This document shows, piece after piece, positions 39,150-50,392 of a stretch of 64,000 bases of DNA (position 1 is the stretch's first letter; each line of letters opens with the position of its first letter). Origin of the DNA: Dehalococcoidia bacterium (GTDB taxonomy: Bacteria; Chloroflexota; Dehalococcoidia; Plut-88900); the NCBI GenBank assembly GCA_965197585.1, contig OZ240215.1, forward strand, positions 640,001 to 704,000, given 5' to 3'. The notes below the pieces were generated by a model, which ran no database searches, was not told the origin of the DNA, and saw only the letters and a list, made by a program, of their open reading frames with translations. Both the position numbers and the translations under genes were made by a program.

Positions 39150-39845
39150 CTCTGGGCTGGTGGGTATTAACTCGAGTTGTCTTAGGACTGAACCTGGGCG
39201 ATAGAAGATCATTTCGTCACTGAGTTTCCCCGCAACGCCCCCTGCCCTTATTAGCGACCTGAAGGGCAGGTAGTCACCGTATGGTCCCTCACAGGAGATC
39301 ACTTCTCCACGCCGTGCTAAGATCCAATCCGCGAGTTCATTGTAGTCTAAATTGTCGCTCCCATGAGCATAACCTAATCCTGGGAGGGATTTATACGGCG
39401 GATCAATGAACCAAGTGGCTTCGATATCAGGTGCTTCCCGATAATCCCCACAGATAATCTGCCAATGCTTGATCTTGTGGACATTAGCCGCCATGACCCG
39501 TTTACTGATCTCCCAATTACGTTCCAGCACCGGGGTAACCTTGATGGTTCGGTACTTGAAGGCCATCTTCGTAGCAGCATGAATGATATGCAGGAAATCG
39601 GAACTTCTATCGCCCACCCTAAGGTTTGGAAGAGCGCTTATCTCTTCGGGCGTAGCCTCTCTAATGAGCCACTGCCAAATTCGTGCCACCCGTGGATCCT
39701 TCTCAATCAAGATGACCTTACGGCGCCACCTGTCACCAAATAACGAATAGGCGGCTGCCCCAGCAAAAGGCTCTATAACTGTGTCGTAGGCTGGCTCCGG
39801 ATAGTGCTTAGCAATCTGCTTTTTCCGACCATAATAATAGAACAC
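39129..39845 (-). CDS. DNA adenine methyltransferase (Dam/D12-like, compact)
   Basis: YYGRK, EPFAGAA (motif I), FIDPPY (motif IV). Confidence 0.85.
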   Translation of the reverse strand: MFYYYGRKKQIAKHYPEPAYDTVIEPFAGAAAYSLFGDRWRRKVILIEKDPRVARIWQWLIREATPEEISALPNLRVGDRSSDFLHIIHAATKMAFKYRTIKVTPVLERNWEISKRVMAANVHKIKHWQIICGDYREAPDIEATWFIDPPYKSLPGLGYAHGSDNLDYNELADWILARRGEVISCEGPYGDYLPFRSLIRAGGVAGKLSDEMIFYRPGSVLRQLELIPTSPESLEGQS

Positions 39846-39870
39846 TCGTAGTTAGCTCCAAATTGGTATA

Positions 39871-39907
39871 TGAACACTATGGTATTCACACTGAACAAAT
39901 ATGTCAA
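39871..39907 (-). promoter_or_regulatory. Methyltransferase promoter with operator
   Basis: Minus strand TTGACA-N17-TACCAT; imperfect palindrome TGAACACTATGGTATTCA at 39871-39888. Confidence 0.55.
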
Positions 39908-39988
39908 GCACTTGCTCGATCGAGAATGTGATGAAATCGGATAGTATGAATTCCCTAACCAAATCCAAGTGAGTTACATAGACCCATA

Positions 39989-40025
39989 ACGAATATGCCC
40001 CCACTACAAGTGGAGGCATATTCGT
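39989..40025 (-). terminator. Hairpin ending the 16S transcript
   Basis: ACGAATATGCCCCCACT-ACA-AGTGGAGGCATATTCGT. Confidence 0.7.
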
Positions 40026-40157
40026 CTCAATAGGGCCTTAACAACTCAGTAGTGAAAGGAAGCCGTGTCCTCCCAGTGGGAGGAAATGCTCCCCGGCGAA
40101 CCGGGGAGACCGACCTAGGAGATGTCTCCGCACCACGTGGGTGTGAGAAATGCTCCC

Positions 40158-41758
<1,601 letters not shown>

Positions 41759-41831
41759 GTTTATCTTTTTCTTACCTAGCTATTGGCTTCCTTCCACTAT
41801 TCAGTTGTTAAGGTGCAAATGTGCAAGGGGT

Positions 41832-41860
41832 AATCTAACACGGGCGCCTACCTTAGTCAA
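41832..41860 (-). promoter_or_regulatory. 16S rRNA promoter
   Basis: TTGACT-N17-TAGATT with TG extension. Confidence 0.7.
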
Positions 41861-41959
41861 GCTAATGTACCCGTGCCAACTCACCTCAGCACTTGCGAGT
41901 TTGCGACACGCTGAAGCTGAACGGAGGAGGGTGGAGTCCCAGGTTAGGACAGCTGCCCT

Positions 41960-43348
41960 TTAGCCCACGCTCGGAGCCATGACGGGGGCGGATATGGTGG
42001 ACATAAGATCGCCGATGTCAGGCATGTCCTGGAGGGCATAGACCTGGGAAAGCGCCTGGTCTACTTGCGAGGAGTTCAAGGTCCTGCTGGCGCAGGAAGT
42101 GAACTTCTGGTTTAGTTCCTCGTCACTCAGGGGGTACTCGGGGGTGCCACTGGCCTGTTCGATACGGGTAGTGACCGAGCTCCCAGCAGACATGTTAATC
42201 GTGACGTCGACGTGGCCGCCGGCATTGACTACAACGGGATCCTGAGTGTCGTCGTACTCCAGTTTGACGAGGCCCGTCAGCCGCTGCACCTCGGGCCTGT
42301 CGACGCTGGTCTGGTCGAAGGTATTGAGGTCGACTCGACCGTCGAGGATGGCGGATGCGATGCAGTACTGCATGGAGAACTTTCCCTCTAGCCCGGTGGA
42401 GGCTCGGCTGTAGATCAGGGGAATGTCCTCGCCAGGGGGCATGGAGATGACTACGCTTTCGATTTCGGAGAGGGAAGGACTGTGTTCGGAGACGAGGCTT
42501 AGGGTCGCGTCGATGGTCCGGTGGGTGCTGTTGCAGCAGGGGTACTTCTTGACTACCAGGCCGGGGGATGCGATGTCCCAAGGACTGCCGAGGGTACCGA
42601 CGATACGGGATGCATCGGCCTCATCCTTATCAGCGAAGACGCGGGTGTAGTCGATAGGGTGGTCCAGAATGTCGGCGGTGGCAGTAAAGCCGTTGGAGGC
42701 CAGGAGGGCTGCCATGAGGCCGCCACGGGCTGCTTGGCCAACGTGGAAGGGCTTGGTCATGGTGCCGAAGTTGATCCTCATTCCGGCGGAGGAGGATGCG
42801 GCGATGCCGAGGGCCATGCCTATTTGCTCACGGTCCAGTCCGAGCAGCTTGGCGCATGCGGCCGCAGCAGCCATTGTTCCGGTAGTTGCGGTGGCGTGCC
42901 AACCCTTGGCGTAGTGGGCGTTGCCGATAGCAAGACCGAGCTTGCACTCCAATTCGAAGCCGATTAGGAAAGCCTCCAGGACTTGGGCGCCGGATGCTCC
43001 CAGTTCCTCGCCTAAAGCCAGGACGGCGGGTACGAGGGGTGCACTGGGGTGGCCCATACAAGAGTCGTTGACATCGTCAAAGTCGAGGGCGTGGGCGAGG
43101 ACGCCGTTGATGAGAGCGGCGGAGAGGGAGTCGGTCCGGTGGCTGCGGCCTATGACGGTGGCGGCCGAATTGCCCTCGCGACCGGCGAGGGTCTCGGCGA
43201 GGATGGCAACGGCCTCGTCCTTGGCTGCTGCTAGAGAGACTCCCACGGTGTCCAGAATCGCCCGCTTGCCGAGATGCTGGACATCGGCGGGGATGTCATC
43301 AAGTTGCGTGCGATGGATAAAGTCGATTGCGGCGTCGGTGGCCCTCAT
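41960..43348 (-). CDS. MmgE/PrpD family protein
   Basis: NGVLAHALDFDD, GHPSA, GWHAT, KPFH, KKYPCC, KFSMQY. Confidence 0.92.
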   Translation of the reverse strand: MRATDAAIDFIHRTQLDDIPADVQHLGKRAILDTVGVSLAAAKDEAVAILAETLAGREGNSAATVIGRSHRTDSLSAALINGVLAHALDFDDVNDSCMGHPSAPLVPAVLALGEELGASGAQVLEAFLIGFELECKLGLAIGNAHYAKGWHATATTGTMAAAAACAKLLGLDREQIGMALGIAASSSAGMRINFGTMTKPFHVGQAARGGLMAALLASNGFTATADILDHPIDYTRVFADKDEADASRIVGTLGSPWDIASPGLVVKKYPCCNSTHRTIDATLSLVSEHSPSLSEIESVVISMPPGEDIPLIYSRASTGLEGKFSMQYCIASAILDGRVDLNTFDQTSVDRPEVQRLTGLVKLEYDDTQDPVVVNAGGHVDVTINMSAGSSVTTRIEQASGTPEYPLSDEELNQKFTSCASRTLNSSQVDQALSQVYALQDMPDIGDLMSTISAPVMAPSVG

Positions 43349-43561
43349 AGCGTCTCTCCTCCCAAGATGTGCATTAAGGCGGCGGCTTGAGGGTCATTAT
43401 CGGGGATGGGGGGATGAGGGGGCAAGGGGGGCCGGGGGGTGGGGGTTTTTGATTGATGTGCGGCCTCAGGCGTGAATTCTGATTGTTTTCGGAAAATCCC
43501 CTTAAATGCCGAGGGGTTTTTGGCTTAGTCTGTGCCAAGAGCGGGCTATTCCCTTGACCGC

Positions 43562-43804
43562 TTAAGCTTGGGGGGTTGAAGGGCTTTGACGGTGCGATGG
43601 AGGTTTTGCATGGCGGGGTCGGTGAGTCGCAAAGAGTGGAGGGAAAGGCGGTCCATAAAGGCGGAGAGTGCGAGGGCGGGTATGGGGGACGAGGGCGAGG
43701 ATGGCTGCGAGTTCCCGCAGGCGGCGGGAGTTCTTGCCGTGCTTGAAAGCGTTGTAGTTTCCTTTGGGTGCGCCGGCGCCGGGCCGGCGGCCTCCTCTAG
43801 GCAT
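43562..43804 (-). CDS. Small basic protein with GAPKGNxNAxKHG motif (possibly frameshifted)
   Basis: GGAGG RBS 6 nt before ATG; MPRGGRRPGAGAPKGNYNAFKHG. Confidence 0.6.
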   Translation of the reverse strand: MPRGGRRPGAGAPKGNYNAFKHGKNSRRLRELAAILALVPHTRPRTLRLYGPPFPPLFATHRPRHAKPPSHRQSPSTPQA

Positions 43805-43861
43805 GGGCGGCCTCCAATGGTCGGTGAGGGATATGCGGACTTGTGGGTGGGGGATGGGAGG

Positions 43862-44470
43862 GCGATGGAAGGTCCGAGACTCTTAACCAGGAAGACAACG
43901 ACACCTGCGTCGACGCGGTTGGTCCGCCTAAGCGGATGTTTTGCGTCGGCGGCAATCCTGGGTGATCCCCACGCGTGTCTGAGGAGACTTACCGAAGTCG
44001 AGGGGGTCTCTGCGTGGGGCTTATCCGTGCGCCGGCAGCGCTCGACCGCTCCGGGGGACGGGTGTATAGACTCGACGCCGTGGTTAGCCGAACGGGGAAG
44101 TCCGGGGGTGACGGGTGTGGAGTCGTAAAAGGGCACGATGGCCCTGAACCTGAGCCCGAGATTAGCGGGCTGAGGGTAAACGCCGACTATGCGGATAGCG
44201 GCGGAGTAAACGCGCCGGGTGAGTGGAGCGTTGAATCGGCAAAGGTCCTTGGAAAGGGGTTGCCGCATATAGCCTATGGACCTTCCATCGCTTGGTAGGG
44301 GGTTGCTGGGGGACACGGTGAAGGAAGAGGAAGTGGGGAGGAGGCGCGTGCCGGGTGCCGGGCGGTCCCACACCGCCCGGGGTCGATGGGGCCTATGAAG
44401 GCTTGTGCGACTCATGGGACTCCTTTGTTCCTTTCCTGATTGGGCTCGACGTAGGGTGTCGAGGTCTGAG
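43862..44470 (-). ncRNA. Candidate structured ncRNA, repeated element copy 3 (divergent)
   Basis: Perfect 14-bp arms at 44278-44291 and 43862-43875; same promoter architecture as copies 1 and 2. Confidence 0.45.
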
Positions 44471-44474
44471 GGGT

Positions 44475-44504
44475 AATATAGTACATATGTTCACATCAGG
44501 TCAA
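44475..44504 (-). promoter_or_regulatory. sigma70 promoter with LexA-type box (element copy 3)
   Basis: TTGACC-N18-TATATT; GAAC-ATAT-GTAC at 44492-44481. Confidence 0.75.
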
Positions 44505-44545
44505 GGGGTTGATGTCACTTTTTGCCAAGTGGGATCAACCTCATC

Positions 44546-44619
44546 CTAGCCCTCTCCCGTCAAAGGGAGAGGGGATAGGACTCCGCCCCCCAGATTCCTC
44601 GCGGGGCCTCGGAATGACA
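44546..44619. repeat. REP-like palindromes
   Basis: CCCTCTCCC-GTCAAA-GGGAGAGGG and AGATTCCTCGCGGGGCCTCGGAATGACA; the latter recurs at 56312-56339. Confidence 0.75.
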
Positions 44620-44652
44620 GTGTAGGGGGGCTTGGTTGGGACGACGGCGGGC

Positions 44653-44832
44653 GTGACGGATTGGCGGAGGTGAGCCGCCCCCCGCTCGATCGTTCGATCC
44701 GCCTCAGCGGACTTATAGCAGACTCAGGGTGAGCGGGCCATCGGCCGGGGGATGGATTCACGCCTCGGCGCATCTTCGACCGGCTCTCGGCGGCCGGAAT
44801 GATCCGCCTAAGGCGGACAGGCTTCCCTCGGG
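44653..44832 (+). repeat. Composite palindromic repeat of about 190 bp, copy A
   Basis: Colinear with 59497-59697 (GTGACGGATTGGC...GATCCGCCTCAGCGGACTTA...CTCAGGGTGAGCGG...GGCGGACAGGCT). Confidence 0.85.
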
Positions 44833-44898
44833 GGTGGGTGGTAGCAAAGGGGAATGGCGAAAGGTAGAATAGCCCAATACTTTCGCCGGAGGTCATTG

Positions 44899-45888
44899 AT
44901 GGCCAAACCCAAGATTTACGTTACAAGACAGATATTCGATGAGGCTGTCGACCGTCTAAGAGAGGCGACCGACATGAAATACTGGGACTCGGAGATGCCG
45001 CCCTCTCGGGACGAGCTTCTTAGGGAAGTCCAGGATATAGACGGGTTGTTCTGCTTGCTGACGGAGAAGATTGACGCAGAACTTTTCGATGCTGCGCCCA
45101 ATCTGCGGGTGGTCAGCAACATGGCTGTCGGCTTCGACAACATTGACGTAGCCGAGGCGACCAAGCGGGGTATCCCGGTGGGGAACACGCCGGGCGTTCT
45201 GACCGAGACGACGGCGGACTTCGCCTTTGCGTTGCTTATGGCAGCAGGCCGGAGGGTGTCGGAAGGAGACCGGTACACGAGGGCCGGAAACTGGAAGACC
45301 TGGGGACCGATGGTGCTGCTGGGACAGGACATCCACGGTTCGACGCTGGGGATCATCGGGTTTGGACGGATTGGGGTGGAGATGGCGAAACGGGCCAAGG
45401 GATTCGGCATGAACATCGTCTACTACGACGTGATTCGCAACGAGGAGAGGGAAAAAGAGTACGGGGCGACATACTGCGCCGACGTTAAGGAACTCCTTGC
45501 TCAGTCCGACTTCGTGAGCATTCACGTAAACCTTACCCCCGAGACCCGGCACCTGATAAACTCGGACACCCTTTCGGGGATGAAGTCGACGGCGGTATTG
45601 GTGAACACTTCGAGGGGCCCGGTTGTCGATCAGACGGCGCTGTACCATGCGCTGAAGGATGGGACGATAGGAGCGGCAGGGTTGGATGTGACAGAGGTAG
45701 AGCCTATCTCTATGGATGACCCACTGCTTACCCTGGAGAACGTGATCATTGCTCCGCACATTGCGAGCGGGAGCGTGGTGACGCGCACCAAAATGTCTCT
45801 GATGGCCGTCGACAACTTGATGGCGGGCCTGAATGGGGAGCCGCTGCCGAACACACCCAACCCTGAAGTCCGGGGCGCAAAGACGTAG
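44899..45888 (+). CDS. D-glycerate dehydrogenase / glyoxylate reductase
   Basis: AVGFDNID, NTPGVLTETTAD, GFGRIG, NTSRG, DVTEVEP, PHIAS. Confidence 0.92.
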   Translation: MAKPKIYVTRQIFDEAVDRLREATDMKYWDSEMPPSRDELLREVQDIDGLFCLLTEKIDAELFDAAPNLRVVSNMAVGFDNIDVAEATKRGIPVGNTPGVLTETTADFAFALLMAAGRRVSEGDRYTRAGNWKTWGPMVLLGQDIHGSTLGIIGFGRIGVEMAKRAKGFGMNIVYYDVIRNEEREKEYGATYCADVKELLAQSDFVSIHVNLTPETRHLINSDTLSGMKSTAVLVNTSRGPVVDQTALYHALKDGTIGAAGLDVTEVEPISMDDPLLTLENVIIAPHIASGSVVTRTKMSLMAVDNLMAGLNGEPLPNTPNPEVRGAKT

Positions 45889-45893
45889 ATGGG

Positions 45894-48110
45894 TTGACCA
45901 AAGGCCGCGGGCGCCGTCCGAGAGTCGGGCCTGGGCCAAGGATGCTCCTCACGGCATCAGCGCTGCTGGCGCTGGCATTGGTGCTGGCCGTGTCTATAGC
46001 ATATGGGCAACCAGTAGCGGCAACGGAAGATGAGCCGGACTGGGTCCAGGCTCGGCTGGATGCCTACGCCACGCTGTTCAACATTACACCCGAGGGTCGG
46101 GACGTGATTGCTTCCCTTGATGTACGGCAGATAGAGGGGCGGCCCGCGTGGTACGGGAGCACGGGTTACCGGGGTTTCACGGGTATGGGGCAGGCGAGGC
46201 CCGACATCGTAGCTCACGAACTGGGTCATGCCTACTGGGGGGCATTCCCGGTAACGGGACACCCCGAACTCTCTTGGGAAGTGGCTCAAGGGGAAACGAT
46301 ACCGTCGGCGATGGAGCGGTATCACGAAGACCTGTTACGTTTCATGCTCCAGCCCCCGGACAGGTACGAGCCCTTGAGGGAGCGATTCAGGAATTTTCCC
46401 AACCTCAACCAGGGCCGGCTGCCGGACCTGATCCACGCGGGCGAAGCCGACATTCCGAGGCTCACAGCAGGAGACCTGGGACTGGTTCCGCCCATATTAC
46501 GGAAGTACTTCGACCAGTACATGTCTGACGGAGAGTACGAGACGTGGGCCGATTTGATGGGATGGTATGCGGATCTAGGGCCCGAGGATAAACGGCTAAC
46601 CGACGGCTATCTTCAGATTGCGCATATACCGAGGGATGCGTACTCGGGGGTGGGGAGGGGTGAGGGGTTGGGGTTGGACGAAGATGTGAGGGACATACTT
46701 GTCGGGGAGGAGAGGCAGCGGCTTATCGATTTCGTAGAGCAGTTTGGCTTGGTGCTCGGCGACGATGACAGCCTGAGGGACGCCGTAAACGTAGACCGGG
46801 GATTTCCGTTCTGGAGGAGTTACCTGCGTGAGATGTTCGCAATCTACAAGCGGCACCCGGGCTTGGTTGAGGAATACGAGAGCGCCGGGACTGAAGACTC
46901 AATTGCGGTTGCATTCGAGGCGCTGGAGTCGGCGATGGGGCGGGGGCATGGCGAGGCGGTTGAGTATCTGACCAAGAAACTTGAGGAGGACGCTTTCCTC
47001 TACAACTTCCTGCCGGTCCTGGACAACCGACTTCTTTTGGCGGTGCTGGAACCGGAGGAGGAAGACGTAGCGACACACGCCCTGCCGAAGGGAGCCTCAG
47101 CGTTTGTGGAAGAGCTGCGTCATCATATTGGTGACGTTGAGATGATCCTCGAGGCGGGGGAGGGGGACCCGGAAGCCGGGGCACGGGCGCTGGAGCAGCA
47201 TGTGAGATCGCTGGGGCTGAGCGATCCGACGAAACTGCAGCAGAACGTGGACACGATCCTGGAACTGCTTTTCAGCACCGACAGGCAGGCAGCAGAGGCA
47301 ATTCTGGAAAACATAAGTGATGAGGCCGTGGTGGATTTCCTAGAGTTGAGCCCGGCCCAGGCCCGACAGAGGTTGCGGCCAGCGAAACTTGTCGATGCTC
47401 TGGGGATTAATGGAGATGCCGGGTCGGAGGAGTTCACGGAGGGACTCAGGATGCTTTTTGACAACAGCTCAGGGAACTTTGTAATCGACAGGGCGGCGAA
47501 TGAGGAGGCTTATGAGAGAGTCGTGGCAAGGGGGTCAAATGACCCGGAGGGGACACTCGCGATTATCAGGGAAGTGAGGCCGCGGGTGTCGGAGCTCATA
47601 GCATATAAGCCGGAGGAGGTGTTGGAGATTCTGAGTTCGGACTTGGAGACGACGTTGGACCTGGTGTTGGAGTCGGGGCCTGTGCGGGTACCTCCGGCTC
47701 GGCTCATATATTGGATTGCGTACTTCGACGCCGATTTCGCTGCCGAAATAGTGTCGGGGCTGAGGGCTCGGGGGGAGGACGAGGTGGTGTATGAGTCGGT
47801 GGCCTACTTCGCCTACGACCTGGAGCGGTCTCGGGAGTACCCGAACCAAAGGATATCCTTAGAGCGAGACGGGGAGTTTCTTCTGGGACTACTCAGCAGA
47901 AATGGGGCCTGGAGATTGAGCAGGATGATGAATGGAGCGATCGAGAAGTACCGGATGGAAGTCTGGATAGGAAACGTCGACGGGGACTTTCTGGACGCCT
48001 ACGGAGAGACGTTGCTGGAGGCGGTGTCGACAATATCGGGAGCGAAGGACAGGGTGTTGCTGGAACGGGTGATTGGGGAGGCGTTTGGGGTGGGGAGGCC
48101 GCATTTATGA
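45894..48110 (+). CDS. Secreted or membrane-anchored hypothetical protein with HExxH motif
   Basis: N-terminal hydrophobic signal; VAHELGHAYW; acidic helical C-half. Confidence 0.7.
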   Translation: MTKGRGRRPRVGPGPRMLLTASALLALALVLAVSIAYGQPVAATEDEPDWVQARLDAYATLFNITPEGRDVIASLDVRQIEGRPAWYGSTGYRGFTGMGQARPDIVAHELGHAYWGAFPVTGHPELSWEVAQGETIPSAMERYHEDLLRFMLQPPDRYEPLRERFRNFPNLNQGRLPDLIHAGEADIPRLTAGDLGLVPPILRKYFDQYMSDGEYETWADLMGWYADLGPEDKRLTDGYLQIAHIPRDAYSGVGRGEGLGLDEDVRDILVGEERQRLIDFVEQFGLVLGDDDSLRDAVNVDRGFPFWRSYLREMFAIYKRHPGLVEEYESAGTEDSIAVAFEALESAMGRGHGEAVEYLTKKLEEDAFLYNFLPVLDNRLLLAVLEPEEEDVATHALPKGASAFVEELRHHIGDVEMILEAGEGDPEAGARALEQHVRSLGLSDPTKLQQNVDTILELLFSTDRQAAEAILENISDEAVVDFLELSPAQARQRLRPAKLVDALGINGDAGSEEFTEGLRMLFDNSSGNFVIDRAANEEAYERVVARGSNDPEGTLAIIREVRPRVSELIAYKPEEVLEILSSDLETTLDLVLESGPVRVPPARLIYWIAYFDADFAAEIVSGLRARGEDEVVYESVAYFAYDLERSREYPNQRISLERDGEFLLGLLSRNGAWRLSRMMNGAIEKYRMEVWIGNVDGDFLDAYGETLLEAVSTISGAKDRVLLERVIGEAFGVGRPHL

Positions 48111-48229
48111 GTCGGGGATGGTTTGGTCGGGGGCGTAGAGATGTGTAGAATTGCGGGGAGTGATGAGGGCATTTTGCGAACGTTGTCAGCGGGTGAGGCG
48201 CGCGACGCTCAGTACAAAGCGATCCCGCA

Positions 48230-48335
48230 TCGCTCGACCCTTCGAGGGCCTCAGGGTGAGCGGCCCCACCGCCACGCAACCCTTAGACAGGGTGAGAGTG
48301 GAGCGTCGGGCGGTTCACGAACCGCCCCTACGGGG
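48230..48335. repeat. REP-like cluster
   Basis: CCCTTCGAGGGCCTCAGGGTGAGCGG and GGGCGGTTCACGAACCGCCCCTAC. Confidence 0.7.
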
Positions 48336-48355
48336 GAGATGGCCAGTACAGATAG

Positions 48356-49066
48356 ATGGGAGATATTGTGAGCGATAGTAATAACGGCAGATCGTATGTT
48401 AAATACACGTTCTTCAAGGCTGACAGGTCGTGGCGCGGGCTTTCGGATGGTGAAAAGTCACAGGGCAGGGGGCAGTTCCTGGCGATTCTCGACGAGTTTT
48501 CGGACAGGATGATGGTGAAGAGCTACAGCACCGTCGGGACCAGGGGAGATGCAGACCTGCTGATCTGGAACGCCTGCGATCAGCTGGAGCCGATTCAACA
48601 GCTGACCTCGGCATTACTTTCGACGGGCTTGGGCTGCCACCTGGAGACGCCGTATTCCTACCTTGCGATGACCAGGAAGTCGATATACACGGATAAGCAC
48701 CGGCACCCGGGACAAGAGGGAAGCAGGCTGAAGATCACACCGACGGAGGCGAAATACCTGTTCGTCTACCCTTTCGTGAAGACTCGGGCCTGGTACGCGC
48801 TGGACAAGTCGACTCGACAGGGAATGATGGACTCCCACATCACCATGGGACACAAGTACCCTTCGGTGAAAATCAATACCAGCTATTCATTCGGGCTGGA
48901 CGACCAGGAATTTATGGTGTCCTTCGAGACGGACAGCCCTTCCGACTTTCTGGACCTTGTGATGGCGCTGCGGGGGACGGAAGCGAGCTCCTACACCCTT
49001 AGCGACACACCCATATTCACGTGCGTATCCATGAGCCACATGGAAGCGCTGGAGATGCTCGGCTAA
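48356..49066 (+). CDS. Chlorite dismutase family protein (coproheme decarboxylase-like)
   Basis: YPFVKTRAWY, H...G, YSFGLDDQEF, DTPIF. Confidence 0.85.
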   Translation: MGDIVSDSNNGRSYVKYTFFKADRSWRGLSDGEKSQGRGQFLAILDEFSDRMMVKSYSTVGTRGDADLLIWNACDQLEPIQQLTSALLSTGLGCHLETPYSYLAMTRKSIYTDKHRHPGQEGSRLKITPTEAKYLFVYPFVKTRAWYALDKSTRQGMMDSHITMGHKYPSVKINTSYSFGLDDQEFMVSFETDSPSDFLDLVMALRGTEASSYTLSDTPIFTCVSMSHMEALEMLG

Positions 49067-49076
49067 CGCTGTCGCA

Positions 49077-50231
49077 CTAACCGACGGCGGCTTGCGGAGC
49101 CTCGACGAGGGGAATGACCTTCTCGGCGAAGAGCTCAATGGAGCGCATCACGTCGCGATGGTCTAAGCCGGGCATAGCCATGAGTGTTAACAGGCTCTCA
49201 AGCTGGTACTCCCGCCCAATGCCCCGGATCTTCTCGGCGACAAACTCCGGGTCTCCGATGAGGATGTGGTCCTTGTCCATCAGGAAGTCGAACCACGGCT
49301 TGGCGTTGTCTTCGTCGGTAAGCTCTTCGCCAGGGTCCAGATAGATAGAACGGGCACGGACACCACCAACATATTTGCAGAGTTGGTTGAGAGGTCCTTC
49401 GGCGATTCTGCGGGCCTCCTCCATAGTCTCGGCGACGAAGGTGGTGCGAAGAAGTGCGCAGTCTTCGCCGAGGGCCATGGGCCGGCCGTTGACGCGGGTT
49501 GCGGCCTCCTGGTAGGTGGAGAAGGCCTCTCGGAGACCGTTGCGGGCCCGTAGCCAAGTCATGGGCTTGAGCCCGAGCTCTGCGGCGACGACAAAACCGG
49601 GAGTCTTGTCGACCACGTTCCAGAGTGGGGGGGTGGGGGTCTGGAGGGGCTTGGGCTGAACGGACATGCCTATGTACTCGCCCGTATCGGAGCGGTACCT
49701 GGGGTCTCGGGGGAGCCAGGAGTGGCTGTCCTGGACGCCGGGATGGGGAAACTTGTAGAACTCCCCGTCCCAGGTGAACGGGTCTTCTGTCCAGGCCCGT
49801 TTCATGATCTCTACGGTTTCGGTGAAGAGACGCCAGTTCTTCTCGTCATTACGGCGGTCGGCGTCGATGTTGAGGTTGGTGAGTTCTCTGGGGAAGATGC
49901 CTCGTCCGACACCGCACTCGACGCGGCCGCCGCTTAGCTGGTCGAGCATGGCGACATCTTCGGCGATTCGAAGAGGGTGCCACTGGGGTACTATTACGGC
50001 GGCAAGGCCCAGCCGGATGGTGGTGGTCTGAGCAGCGAGGTGGGAGAGAATCATCAGCGGGTTGGGGATGCAGTCATATCCCTCTCCTCCGAAGTGATGT
50101 TCTCCGAGCCACACGCCGTTGAATCCAGCCTGCTCGACGGCTTGGGTCTGTTCGGAAAGCTCGGTCAGGATCTGGTTATAGGGAATTTCAAGTCCAGGGT
50201 TATCCAGGACGGAAAAATATCCGAATTGCAA
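49077..50231 (-). CDS. LLM-class luciferase-like monooxygenase
   Basis: WLGEHHF, PNP, HPLRIAEDVAMLDQLSGGR. Confidence 0.9.
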   Translation of the reverse strand: MQFGYFSVLDNPGLEIPYNQILTELSEQTQAVEQAGFNGVWLGEHHFGGEGYDCIPNPLMILSHLAAQTTTIRLGLAAVIVPQWHPLRIAEDVAMLDQLSGGRVECGVGRGIFPRELTNLNIDADRRNDEKNWRLFTETVEIMKRAWTEDPFTWDGEFYKFPHPGVQDSHSWLPRDPRYRSDTGEYIGMSVQPKPLQTPTPPLWNVVDKTPGFVVAAELGLKPMTWLRARNGLREAFSTYQEAATRVNGRPMALGEDCALLRTTFVAETMEEARRIAEGPLNQLCKYVGGVRARSIYLDPGEELTDEDNAKPWFDFLMDKDHILIGDPEFVAEKIRGIGREYQLESLLTLMAMPGLDHRDVMRSIELFAEKVIPLVEAPQAAVG

Positions 50232-50392
50232 GGGCGCACCCCCTGTTTACTGGTCTTTTGGAAGGTCAAGCTTAGCATAGCCGGATATTTGCGTCCATGA
50301 ATGAAGAGTGATGGTGAAACGAGGCCATTGGGCCCGATCCCTGTGCTAAAATCGCCCAATCCGTCCGGCATCGAACTGCTGGAGCTTTCAGG

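Noticed and set aside
43401-43446. G-run tract with quadruplex potential
   Set aside because: It is explained by the C-rich tail of the minus-strand unit and general G skew; there is no functional evidence.
43546-44415. 289-aa ORF with an RBS under the copy 3 promoter
   Set aside because: It is low-complexity (Pro/Arg/Ser), spans the structured element, overlaps the motif ORF and has no in-frame counterpart in copies 1 and 2. Not called, though translation is not excluded.
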